DNA of 63,533 nt, filler included, from Octopus bimaculoides (taxonomy: Eukaryota): the NCBI RefSeq assembly GCF_001194135.2. It is 5 parts of 3 records of this genome, joined end to end, with 100 filler letters (N's around TTAATTAATTAA, not from the genome) between each part and the next. Parts side by side here need not be neighbours in the genome. Positions count along the whole stretch, not along the records: positions 1 to 14,553 come from NC_068991.1; positions 14,654 to 27,653 come from NC_068981.1; 3 more parts are not named here. The stretch is one strand, 5' to 3'. Of the stretch, positions 14,223-24,709 are shown in pieces. Each line of letters opens with the position of its first letter. Within the stretch, counting starts at the first letter, position 1. The position numbers and the translations under genes are program-made. Under the pieces are notes generated by a model. The model was not told the DNA's origin, did no database searches, and was given only the letters and a program-made list of their open reading frames with translations.

Positions 14223-14553
14223 GCATTAGGTGGGCCAGGTGTTTCGTATGTGTATATTTAATCCGGTGTGAGACTCAAGCTTTGTAATGGCGGTTGTGTC
14301 GGAGTTTATATATTTGTGTGAGAGAAGAGAGTAAGGCAAAGCAGTTTATGGTATAAAATGCTGCAAGACAACTAAGATGAAACAGTGCGATCTAACGGAA
14401 GAATAGAGAAACCCAAAGTTGAAATGAAATAAATCCAAGATATCTGCCGGCTGGGAGCTCAATGGAGCCGATCTTTAAACTTCTCTTCTTCTCTTCCTCT
14501 CCCTTCTCATCTCTCATTTATTCTGCATCACTTTCTCCATATATATATATATA

Positions 14554-14653
14554 NNNNNNNNNNNNNNNNNNNNNNNNNNNNNNNNNNNNNNNNNNNNTTA
14601 ATTAATTAANNNNNNNNNNNNNNNNNNNNNNNNNNNNNNNNNNNNNNNNNNNN
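14554..14653. other. Artificial scaffold join: N44-TTAATTAATTAA-N44
   Basis: 100-bp gap with a centred 12-mer that has stop codons in all six frames. Identical at 27654-27753, 49289-49388 and 59370-59469. Confidence 0.92.
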
Positions 14654-14888
14654 CTTGTGCGGGTGGCACATAAAAGACACCATTTCGAGCGTGGCCGTTT
14701 TCGTGCGGGTGACACGTAAAAGCACCCACTACACTCTCTGAGTGGTTGGCGTTAGGAAGGGCATCCAGCTGTAGAAACTCTGCCAAATTAGACTGGAGCC
14801 TGGTGTTGCCATCCGGTTTCACCAGTCCTCAGTCAAATCGTCCAACCCATGCTAGCATGGAAAGCGGACGTTAAACGATGATGATGAT
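14654..14888 (+). mobile_element. SINE 3' part with Ceph-like domain and RTE-type tail
   Basis: GAGTGGTTGGCGTTAGGAAGGGCATCCAGC core and ACCCATGCTAGCATGGAAAGCGGACGTTAAACGATGATGATG end. Domain naming is from recall. Confidence 0.7.
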
Positions 14889-15164
14889 ATGTATATGTGT
14901 GTGTGTGTGTGTGTGTATATTATATATAAGTGCATGTGTGATAAATTGCAGCATCATGTAAAAATATCTTGCAGTATTTCTTCCCTCCAAGTTGTGTACT
15001 TTTTTTTCCAGCTAATTTTTTTTGTTTCAATCACTTTCCAACTACTTTGGCTAAGGACAAAGTGGTGGGGAGTAAGTATTTGATCAACCAAAATTCCCTG
15101 AATATGGTGTCCTGGCATGGATACAGTCCAAAAACTGAAACCAGTGAAAGAATAAATAACATAC

Positions 15165-15235
15165 CCTCTTTTTTCCATCAGTGGTGCTACATCTTTGCAG
15201 AACAAGAATGGTGCCTTGACATTAGTTTCAAAGAC
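15165..15235 (-). CDS. DHRS4: DHRS4-like SDR, coding exon 5 (VFETNVKAPFLFCKDVAPLMEKR-G); last exon found
   Basis: Acceptor ttattaccaacAG and donor GTATGT. 71 nt, phase 0 to 2. Matches human [24 protein letters not shown]. Confidence 0.95.
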
Positions 15236-15539
15236 CTGTTGGTAATAAGAACATTTTAAATATCAAACACCAAAATGAATACTTGGAGACAAATCAATAA
15301 CAAAAAACAAAATACACTGATGATACAAACACAAAACCGTTTAAATCAAAATGAAATAATTGAACTTAAGGAAAATGTTATAATTGATTTCATAAAAATC
15401 GGTATATTCTCTTAAGACTCTCATAGGATTTCACCCCCAAATCCAATGCGTATTCAGGAGGATAACTCTAAATCTAGTGTGACTGCTCAGCTCTCATATT
15501 TGTATTAGTCATCTTAATTCTATTACATAATAAATAAAG

Positions 15540-15603
<64 letters not shown>

Positions 15604-17598
15604 TCCACCACCAACATCATCACTTTTAATGTCCAATTTTCCATTTTTGCATTGGTCAGATGGATTTGTTGAGACACATTTTCAATGGTTGGATATCAAT
15701 CCTGTAACCAACACTCCTTTGTTGTCAAACAAAGTGATGGACTAAAAGAAACATTAGAGTTTTTAGATGGGATACCTTGCAGCATTTGTTCTAGCACTTT
15801 ATATGGAGTTCAAGTCCCACTGTGACCTTCATGGGTAGTAGACTTACTCCATTACCTGGTTTAACACCATCATCTGATCCTTAGATACCCTTTGCGTTGT
15901 CCACTCTGTTGCAAACACTCAGGACAGGTCTCTGGCTTAAGGATATCTTCCTAACTCCCTCCCTCTCACCAGTCTCAGAGACCCTGTAAAAGGCAATGGC
16001 CATTACTGTTCCTCCTGACTAAATGATAAAAATAATACATTTTTGACAACACTTCTCTAAAATATATTTAAACCTAGTAAAATATATTATCTACATTGAC
16101 CCTTTTGTTACCATATTTCTAGTGAAACTGACATCTATATTTCGTTTTTGGATTTGGCTTACAAGATTCTTTATGTGAGTTCGTGTGTTGAAGCATATTC
16201 TGTTGTGTCTGGGGAGAGTATTCTCTTTTGGTGCCTCATAATTTAACACACTCACCGGTAAAATTTCCACTTATTTCTTTTTTATTTTTCTAAAATTTTC
16301 GTTGTGTCTTGCAATCTTTTCAATAGTTTTGACTCTGTCCGTTACTCACACTGCGTTCCTTTTTGTTTGTTTATGCGCATGTGTGTGGATCAGTGTGTGT
16401 ATGTGCCTATACATGCATGTATGTATGTATGCATGTGTGTATGCACGTATGTGTGTGCATATGTATCTATCTATGTGTGTACATTTGTATGTATGTATTC
16501 TGCATATTCATGTGTTTGCATGTCCATGTTTGTGTGTTTTTATGTGTGTGTGTGTTTGTATATGTGGGTATGTGTACCTCTGTCTCCTTGTGTGTGCATG
16601 TCTGAGTGAGTGCATGTGTGTGTGTGTTTTGCAACTATGTACCATGTTTGTATGGATGGATGTGCATCTCCATATGTGTGGACATGTGTCTCCATATGTG
16701 TCCTTGTGTGAAGTAAAGTGTGTGTGTGTATATATGGTCATGTGTTTCAGTCTTCATTTGCATGTGTGCTTGTTTGTTCACATCACCTATGTAACTATCT
16801 GTCTGTATGTTAATCTGTTTACTTTCATATCCATATGCTTACATACGTGTGCATATACATATATATTCATACACCCACCCACACACACATACATACATCT
16901 CTCTACATATATATATATACATACACCCACACACACATACATACATCTATCTACATATCAGCCCACTAACTATTCTACTCTACCTATGTAAACTGTGGGT
17001 ATTGGGGTATGGTATCTACTATGTATATTTCCTATTTAGTATATGGGAAGTTTCATTTATGAGGACGTACTCCCGTATTTGTCTAAGTGTTGGGTCCTTT
17101 GGGTGCTTGGATAAGATGTGGATGTCAAGTTGACAAAGGTTACCTCCATGCTGGTCCTTTGCATGTTGATAGAGTATGGAAGACTGTTTTTTGTCATCAT
17201 ATTGTCTCAAATGTTCAAAGTATTTGAAGAGATTTAATAAAATAATTGTTCATTAGTAAAACTAGTAGAAAGATCATAGACATTCTTTCAAAAAATGTTT
17301 CATGAAGTATTTCATTTCATATTTTGTTTGCAAGTGTCTTGATGTGAACTCATGTGTTGAAACACATTTTGCTGTATCTTGAGAAGGCTAATGCCAATAA
17401 TAAACAGACACACAGGTTTAAACTTTTTCATTGTCATTTGCAACCTCATCAATAACATGCCCTCACTACTCCAGGTCTACTTCAGGAAATAAGCAGCTTA
17501 AAATATTTAAATTGTGGAAATAGATCGATAATCTGCTTGTGGGTCTTCCCTGAATGTAAATATTCTATTCATTTGTATATATAAATAATTCTCCTTAC

Positions 17599-17622
17599 CT
17601 TATCCCAAACATCTTCAGAAGT
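17599..17622 (-). CDS. DHRS4: DHRS4-like SDR, 24-nt microexon (TSEDVWDK)
   Basis: Acceptor ccatttctttcAG and donor GTAAGG. Phase 0-0. The peptide fills exactly the gap to human VTEEVWDK between the flanking exons. Confidence 0.9.
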
Positions 17623-17838
17623 CTGAAAGAAATGGTGAAAAGTATTAGTTTTATATCAACATTTTTATACTTGTAAGTGATTATGGAATACAGTGAATTA
17701 GGAAAATAACTTACAGAGCACATGATTACAAAATCAAAATTATTGCTATCATTAGTGTGTGCTGCCTAAAAGCAAATAACTTAAGTTTACTTATCTTTGT
17801 CTACCTAGCTGAAAACAGGTTCCACTTCTAATTCACAG

Positions 17839-18098
17839 TAGAATGGTACAACAATGCACTATAGAACAAAAAATGGACTATATACCTGTTGTAATTTGGT
17901 TATCTATAGTCTGATGATATTTCGGAATTACAATTCCTTCTTCAGATCTTCTTAGCTGGAGTCTTACAGCAGAGACTCCAGCTAAGAAGATCCGAAGAAG
18001 GAATTGTAATTCCGAAATATCATCAACCTATAGATAACCAAATTACGACAGGTATATAGTTCATTTTTTGTTCTATAGTGCATTGTTGTACAATTCTA
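17839..18098. repeat. Long inverted repeat (126-bp arms, 8-nt loop) inside a DHRS4 intron
   Basis: Arms 17839-17964 and 17973-18098 are reverse complements, with 6 mismatches counted by eye. Confidence 0.97.
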
Positions 18099-18560
18099 AA
18101 CTTTTTATTTTTAGAAAGATATTGTAGGGTAGGTGTGAGACACCAGATCTGGCCAGTTTGATCATAAAACAAGTAGAAATTTGGGGAGGATATGGTTAGG
18201 TTTAAATGCTGAACAGTTAAGTGAGGAAGTGAATACTCAAAGAAAGGTAACTCCTGTTTAAAATAATAGTCAAAGTACCATTTTAATTGTGCTGTGCTTT
18301 AGTGAAGAACCAATAAAACAACTTGATCAGAGATAACTCAAGGATAAACATACACGAGTAGAAGGCAATGCCTGATCTGTAGTTAAAGATGTAACAAGAC
18401 ATCTGGTCATTTATTTCAGCTGTTTCCATGTTTCGGTAAAAGTATCTCCAGAGGTTCACAACCATTATTTTTTTTTTTTTTGTGTGTGATGAATTTCTTG
18501 AACTCTAATGTTATTTATTTGCTTCTCTAAAAGAAAAAAAAAAGAAAGGAAGATACTTAC

Positions 18561-18638
18561 ATCTAATACTGGTCCAAAAGCAGGATTGATCCCAGCATTA
18601 TTTACTAGGATGTCTAAACCACCAAACTTTGCAAGTGT
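18561..18638 (-). CDS. DHRS4: DHRS4-like SDR, coding exon 3 (TLAKFGGLDILVNNAGINPAFGPVLD)
   Basis: Acceptor ttttctctttctctAG and donor GTAAGT. 78 nt, phase 0-0. Contains the SDR NNAG motif and the DHRS4-type GG(I/L)DILV..A..NP.FG segment. Confidence 0.96.
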
Positions 18639-18699
18639 CTAGAGAAAGAGAAAATATAAATTATATATTAAAGAGAATACTTGGTGGATGTCAGTCGAT

Positions 18700-19125
18700 T
18701 TGATAGACTTGTTAAAGTCTGGAAAAATGTCTTGCAACATTCGTTTTGGCTCTTTGCATTCACAGTTCAAATCCTGCTGAAGTCAACTTATCCTTTCAGA
18801 GTTGATAAAATCAAGAACTGGAGCCAATCGTTCTGACATACCTAATCAAAATTGCTGGTCTTGTGCCTAAATCAGAAACCATTATTTAATATTTATTTTA
18901 TTATTGCAAGAGCCAATGTATTGGTAGAGTTAGTAGAGCATTAGCCTAAGTGCTGCATGATATTTACTTATGTTCCACAATTCTAAGTCTGAATCTTACA
19001 AAGATTAACTCTTCCTTTCATCCTTCTGGATGTGATGAAATAATGTACCAGTCAAATGTACTAGAGTAGCTGATACGATCAACTATAACACCTCTAAAAT
19101 ATAAAACCTTGTGCCTATGTCAGAA
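18700..19125 (+). mobile_element. Two decayed tRNA-SINE copies in a DHRS4 intron
   Basis: Degenerate GTTCAAATC...GTCAACT..CCTTTCA...GATAAAAT and CTGGTCTTGTGCCTA..TCAGAAA segments matching the 7996 family. Confidence 0.6.
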
Positions 19126-19768
19126 ATCCTCATTATTTTTGCAGAGGAAAGGTAGTAAGAGGAAGAGTAGTAAGGACACAATGCACTACCAGTGATTGAA
19201 CTCATGGCCTTACGATCATGAACGTATACCCCTAACCACTAAGCCATGTACCTTCACTGCTCATTATTGTTGTTACTGTTGTCATTTAGACCTAGATAGA
19301 TTGTGACTGAGCAGACCCAGTCAACGATACTGGAGCTATTATCAACAGAGGCTTGAAAAAGAGACTATTTTAACAAGGGAGCCTCTATGTAGCTGTTTTA
19401 TCTGTTAGAAATAGCAACCAAATCTCTCCCTCCCACTCACATCCTATTGTCTTAAATAAAGGATACATTACACAATCATGTTTAAAAAAGGTAGGGTGGT
19501 CAAGATTGGATAATAATTCTGCACAATCAAGGTTTGACTGTGAGATAAACAACACTGATAAAATTTGAAAGATTAACCAAATGAGCCCATTACTTTTCAT
19601 TCTGATATTTATTTTATTCACCCTTAAGGAAATGAAAGGCAAAGAGAACTGCATCAGGATTTAACCCCAGAATATGAGCATATGAACCAATTTATTGTTT
19701 TACCAACAAAAAGTTTTTTTTTTAAATTAAATATAACAAATTCAAAATAGCTAAAACATTGTACTAAC

Positions 19769-19946
19769 TTCTTCAACAAGTTTCTTTCTGTCTTCAGGTT
19801 TTGCAACATGGCAGACTGTTCCTGCAACATTCAAACTTTTTGAAGTGAGACTAGACACTGCTTCATCAACTCTGGCTGCTTTACGACTACTAACCATTAC
19901 TTTAGCACCATCTTCTGCTAGCCTCTTCGCAATAGCAAAGCCAATT
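19769..19946 (-). CDS. DHRS4: DHRS4-like SDR, coding exon 2 ([59 protein letters not shown])
   Basis: Acceptor tttttactttacAG and donor GTTAGT. 178 nt, phase 2 to 0, open frame. Close to human IGFAIARRLAQDGAHVVVSSRK...GTVCHVGK. The SSRK basic residues are typical of NADP(H)-preferring SDRs. Confidence 0.96.
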
Positions 19947-21607
19947 CTGTAAAGTAAAAATAAAAATATAAATCATTTCTTTCAACAAGATGTCAAGTGC
20001 TTTTAATGTTATTCCCAGAACAGTGTATAGACATACTTCTCTTTTTTCAAGGTCGTTCCACTCCTTTATACTCCTTTCACAACTGAGAAAACCAACTCTT
20101 TTCCAATCCTCAACACCAACTAGTTTCATACCTCACATATCTCCCTGACAGATATCCATACACCTAATACCCTTGATTACTTTCCTACTTCCAAACTAAA
20201 CTACTACTACTAAATGCTATTATTTATAGCTATGAGATTCATCATTTCTAAAAAGAATTGTTCCATGTCTCTGAAAGTGTTTAAATTCTTAAGACATCAA
20301 CAACATACAATTTTCACTGGTAAGAATGGAGTTTGTAAAACAAATAAAGAAATCTGAAGGCTTGCTTTGGATCAATGTTAGAATGCCTGTCATGTCTACA
20401 GGGGATGTGAGTTTGAGTCTCACAAGTAGCCTGTAGTAACGCCTTACTAGCAGACGACCTTTCCGGTAAGCTTATCCACGCATTCTCAGGGACTAGTTCC
20501 GGAAGGAACACGGGAAGAGTCTCATGCGCATGCGTGGAATTCAACATCTAAAACGTTCCCGCTCTTTTCATTCTCTTTCTCGGTCGGCCGGCCATGAGCA
20601 TGGACGGGTCAAGCTGTCTCTCCAACATCTCAGCAACCATGCCTATTTCCTCCATGAATAAATATTGTTGTGTTGATGGTTCAGAATCAGCGTTTTGTTG
20701 TTTCTACAGAATTTAGTATAGGAAAGCGGGTGTACACCTAATGGTGTATAACCACTTTCCTATAAGCCTTTGACTTTTCCTATTCATTTGATTTTTGATG
20801 CAATATTTACACACTATTATTTATAACTTTATTTGCTTCAAGATTCACCATTCCTAAATTTGCATATAATGGCAATTTTATTCATTTATTATTGTAATCA
20901 GCTACAAGAAGAAACTTAAGCCAGTATTCAATATATTCAATTATAAGATGAAGTAAATTCTAGACAAATTACAGGGATTAATGGAATCAACTGAAATCCT
21001 TGACAATGTTGCCCTAGTGACCACAGTCTAATTACAAGAAACAGTAAACGAATAAATTAGGTAAAATGTCATTTAAGAAAAACAAATATAAAAGTAGTTT
21101 TGTAAATATTAAAACACTAGAAGTTATCAACAAACACTGCCCTAGTTATATAGAGGACTTTTGGACTTATCATGGAAAAGAGAACAAGATAAGAGTATGC
21201 TATGCAAATATTGGTGGTATGCTGATATAAAGCTGAAGATTGATGTTGTTTAGCTCCACGTCAGCTTTCATTGAATAGATTTATGATTAAAAGACTTCCA
21301 GCCAAGACAATCTGACATTTTTTGTACATACATATATATGTTTGTATATATATGTGTGCATGTGTGTGTGTGTAAATTTCATAAAACAAGATGGAGTGAA
21401 TGGGCTTTAATCACAAATCACAATAATTGTTTCTGTGCATTAGTTAACAGCTGTAGTTGATGAGTTTCTCATATTATACATATTATTACATAAATATTAT
21501 ATAAACATATATTATATAAACGGCGACGCTCAAATGGTGTTTTTATGTGCCACCTACACAGGAGTCAGTCCAGCGGCACTGGCAACAACCTTGCTCAAAT
21601 GTTTGTG

Positions 21608-21642
<35 letters not shown>

Positions 21643-21686
21643 ATTTATATATATTTATATGTATATATGCATTTAATATATATATG

Positions 21687-21783
<97 letters not shown>

Positions 21784-21885
21784 GAAGGTTTGAAAATGCA
21801 ATTTTAAAGATGTTTATTCACTTGACTGGTTTCACTTTTTTAGAGAAAGATTATCAAAAAAGTGAAAACGGTCAAGTGAATCAAC

Positions 21886-22540
21886 GAAATTCTCTACTAA
21901 TATACCTTGGACTATGTAGTTTCCGAGAACATAGGAATTTTGGGGAAAAACAACTGTGGGTTATTTTTGGGAATCGTTCCTCACTCGAGGATGTTTCGGA
22001 ACAAGTCATCCAGATTTATTTCATTTTGTGTGTTTGTGCATCCGTAGATTTCTACCACTTACACTCATATATATGTAATTAAAGAAGTTCAAACAGGGAA
22101 TTATTCCATTCAATATCATGTTTACTACAGAGATTATGTAACAAATTATACTTTATACTTCTATATTTAACTGTGCGTGTGTATTATTTATTTTTGCTTC
22201 TGATGTCTTCTGCCTTTCTATTAGAAACGTTTACCTGGGATTTTAGTTAAAGTGAAAAAAAAAGATCGTATAGAACAGATAAGTCGTCTTAATAACATAT
22301 TTCTGTGTACCAGAACTATAGCTGTTATTTTTAACATAGCGAGTCTTCTGGTGAGGGCTTTAGTTGCCTTCATTGCTCGTTTGTTGCGTCAAAAGAAATC
22401 TACGGATGCACAAATGAACCAAAACGGAGAAACACCCCCGAGTGGGGAACGGTCCTCAAAAATAACCCCCAATTGTTTTCCCTCAAAATTCCTATGTTCT
22501 CGGAATCTACATAGTCCAAGGTGTATTTGTAGAGAATTTC
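21886..22540. repeat. Inverted pair of non-autonomous element fragments (arms of about 112 bp)
   Basis: 21886-21997 is an imperfect reverse complement of 22429-22540 (CCTTGGACTATGTAG.TTCCGAGAACATAGGAATTTTG). The right copy continues as a tandem dimer to about 22770 and is related to 62480-62760. Confidence 0.8.
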
Positions 22541-23041
22541 CTTAACAAATATCCATTTTCTTTAAAATTAAGACGAATTGAAATGGACGCCAGTGAATTT
22601 TCCGAAATTCCCCCATCCCACCCCTCCTAAAACACTTTCTCCCAAAAGTTTTGAATATTCGGAATTTACATGATATAACACATATTCGTAGAAATTTTCA
22701 TTGAAAAATATGCATTTTTCTGAAAATTATGATCGTCCAAAGTCGGGGCGGGGTGCAGAAATCTGTAGTTATGCCATATATTTGTGTGTGTGTGTGACAA
22801 TTAATTGGCTGTCATAATAAAACTCAGAGTTTCGGATGCTGGGGCTGAAGTCTGCTCCGGCATCTCATCAGTTATTAAGACATACAAAAACACTATGAAA
22901 AAAAAACGCTGAATAAAGGGAAATTACTCCAATAGGCGTGGAGAAAGTAAAACTTCGTTCATAGAATCTGCATATATGCGTACATATACATATATATACA
23001 CGTACGCGCACCCACACACACACACACGCGTGAGTGTGTGT

Positions 23042-23393
23042 GTGGCTGTGTGGTGAGTGCTTGCTTAGCAGCCACATGGTTCCGGACTGAGTCCAACTGT
23101 GTGGCACCTTGAGCAATTGTCTTCTACTATAGCCTCGGGCCGACTAAAGCCATGTAAGTGGATTTGGTAGACGGAAACAGAAAGAAGTCCGTCGTATATA
23201 TGTATATGTGTGTCTGTGTTAGTCCCACCCCCAACATCGCTTGACAACCGATGGTGGTGTGTTTACGTCCCCGTAAAAGAGACCGATAGAATAAGTACCA
23301 GGCTTACAAAGAATAAGTCCTGGGGTCTATTTTCTCGACTAAAGGCGGTGCTCCAGCATGGTCGCAGTCAAATGACTGAAACAAGTAAAAGAG
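23042..23393 (+). mobile_element. Octopus CORE-type tRNA SINE, near full length
   Basis: GGCTGTGTGGT head, GTGGCACCTTGAGCAA core, internal AT/GT microsatellite, and 3' TGACTGAAACAAGTAAAAGAG. Lies about 180 bp from the first DHRS4 donor site, inside intron 1. Confidence 0.92.
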
Positions 23394-23574
23394 TATATAT
23401 ATGTAGATAGATATATATATAGATGCATATATATGTGTGTGTGTTTTCGATACAGGTGAGGGAAGCTTTTCTCGCGAATGTTGTCGCGACTATACAGTTG
23501 CTGGTGGGTCGTTCACTGTAACATGAAAAGCGATATTCAACAGTTTTATATAGGTAAATAATTCAGAAACTTAC

Positions 23575-23633
23575 CCATCACTGGAAGCAGTTACGATGGC
23601 AACTTTGCCCGCAAGACGAGCAACAGCAGACAT
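23575..23633 (-). CDS. DHRS4: DHRS4-like SDR, first coding exon (MSAVARLAGKVAIVTASSD-G)
   Basis: ATG at 23633-23631 with an in-frame TAA upstream. 59 nt ending GG|GTAAGT (phase 2). KVAIVTASSDG matches the DHRS4/DHRS2 TAxxxGIG variant of the Rossmann motif (human KVALVTASTDG). Confidence 0.95.
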
Positions 23634-23730
23634 TCTTTCTTCTTGAAATAAAATTATTTCACTTAACACCGCTTATAAAATAGACAGCGATTAAAACGTA
23701 ACACCCGGATTTCCTGACCTAATATCCTCT
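23634..23730 (-). promoter_or_regulatory. Probable 5'UTR / proximal promoter of the DHRS4-like gene
   Basis: Non-repetitive sequence directly upstream of the ATG, with an ETS-like CAGGAAATCCGG motif on the minus strand near 23704-23716. The TSS is not determinable, and ttttatttcaAG could instead be an acceptor for an upstream exon. Confidence 0.35.
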
Positions 23731-24709
23731 ACTCGACCCTTTTTTTCACTATAACTGTCATGTTTCTCTTATCTTTTTCTAGTCTAACCTCTTTATAACT
23801 GTTTATTTCTTCTCCTTTAATCTATGATGGGATGTTTACTTTTCCTGGAAAACAAACATAATGTTCTTTTGTTGACACAATCTTTGTTATTTTTCCGTTT
23901 TATATCTTTTCGTATGCGTACGTTTGTGTAATAGGATCGCATGTTTGTTTATGTGTGTCTGTGTTTACATGTGTTCATGCATACGCACACGTGTATGTGT
24001 TTGCAAGTGTTTACATAAGTGCAAAGTCAAGTAAATGGATCTCAGTAACTACTTAGTTACTTAGTTACTGAATTATAGTTTAAGTGGCTGAGTATTCCAC
24101 AGACATATGTACTCCTAACGTAATTCCCAAACAGAATCAGTGAGATGCAATGTGTGCCGAGGCTGGTTTTTTTAACTTTAGGTTGTCTTTCTGAAGGTTT
24201 TGTCAACAATTTCACTCAGAAGGGACTTGATCAACTCGAACATATGGTAAAAGATACTTACCTCAGGTTCCACGCAGTAAGTTCAAACCCGGGGTGGTGG
24301 GACTTCTTAATTACGAAGTGAACTTCGTAACCACTCCGCCATGCACGCATATACTAGGTATAGACGAGCGTGTATGCATATATGTATAATACATAACACA
24401 AGTGTATGTATCAGCGATGATAAACCTTGTTGTTATTGTTTTTAGCCCTAGGTCAGCTCTGGTTGAATAAATCTATGCTAAAAACGTCCCAGTGATGACC
24501 ATCACACCTTACTTGCAAACGATGTATCCAGGACTCGATTATCTAATGTGTCCTTCCTTTTCTAATTTGGTAATATTTAGTTTAAAGGGGAAATGGCTAC
24601 TACTTCTAGCCGGTCGAGCAAGGAGACATTTGATTCCTTTGCACGCAACGTTGCCTCGCCACTAAATCGAATCGCACTTAACTGCTATTTCTTTTTTCTT
24701 TTTTTTTTT

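Noticed and set aside
14954-15259. Listed ORFs 14954-15205 (-) and 14969-15259 (+) as whole proteins
   Set aside because: Only 15165-15235 (-) is coding (DHRS4 exon). The rest is intron read-through or antisense.
22280-22375. Minus ORF MKATKALTRRLAMLKITAIVL as an alternative first exon or targeting peptide of DHRS4
   Set aside because: No good donor, phase incompatible with exon 2, and it sits between repeat arms.
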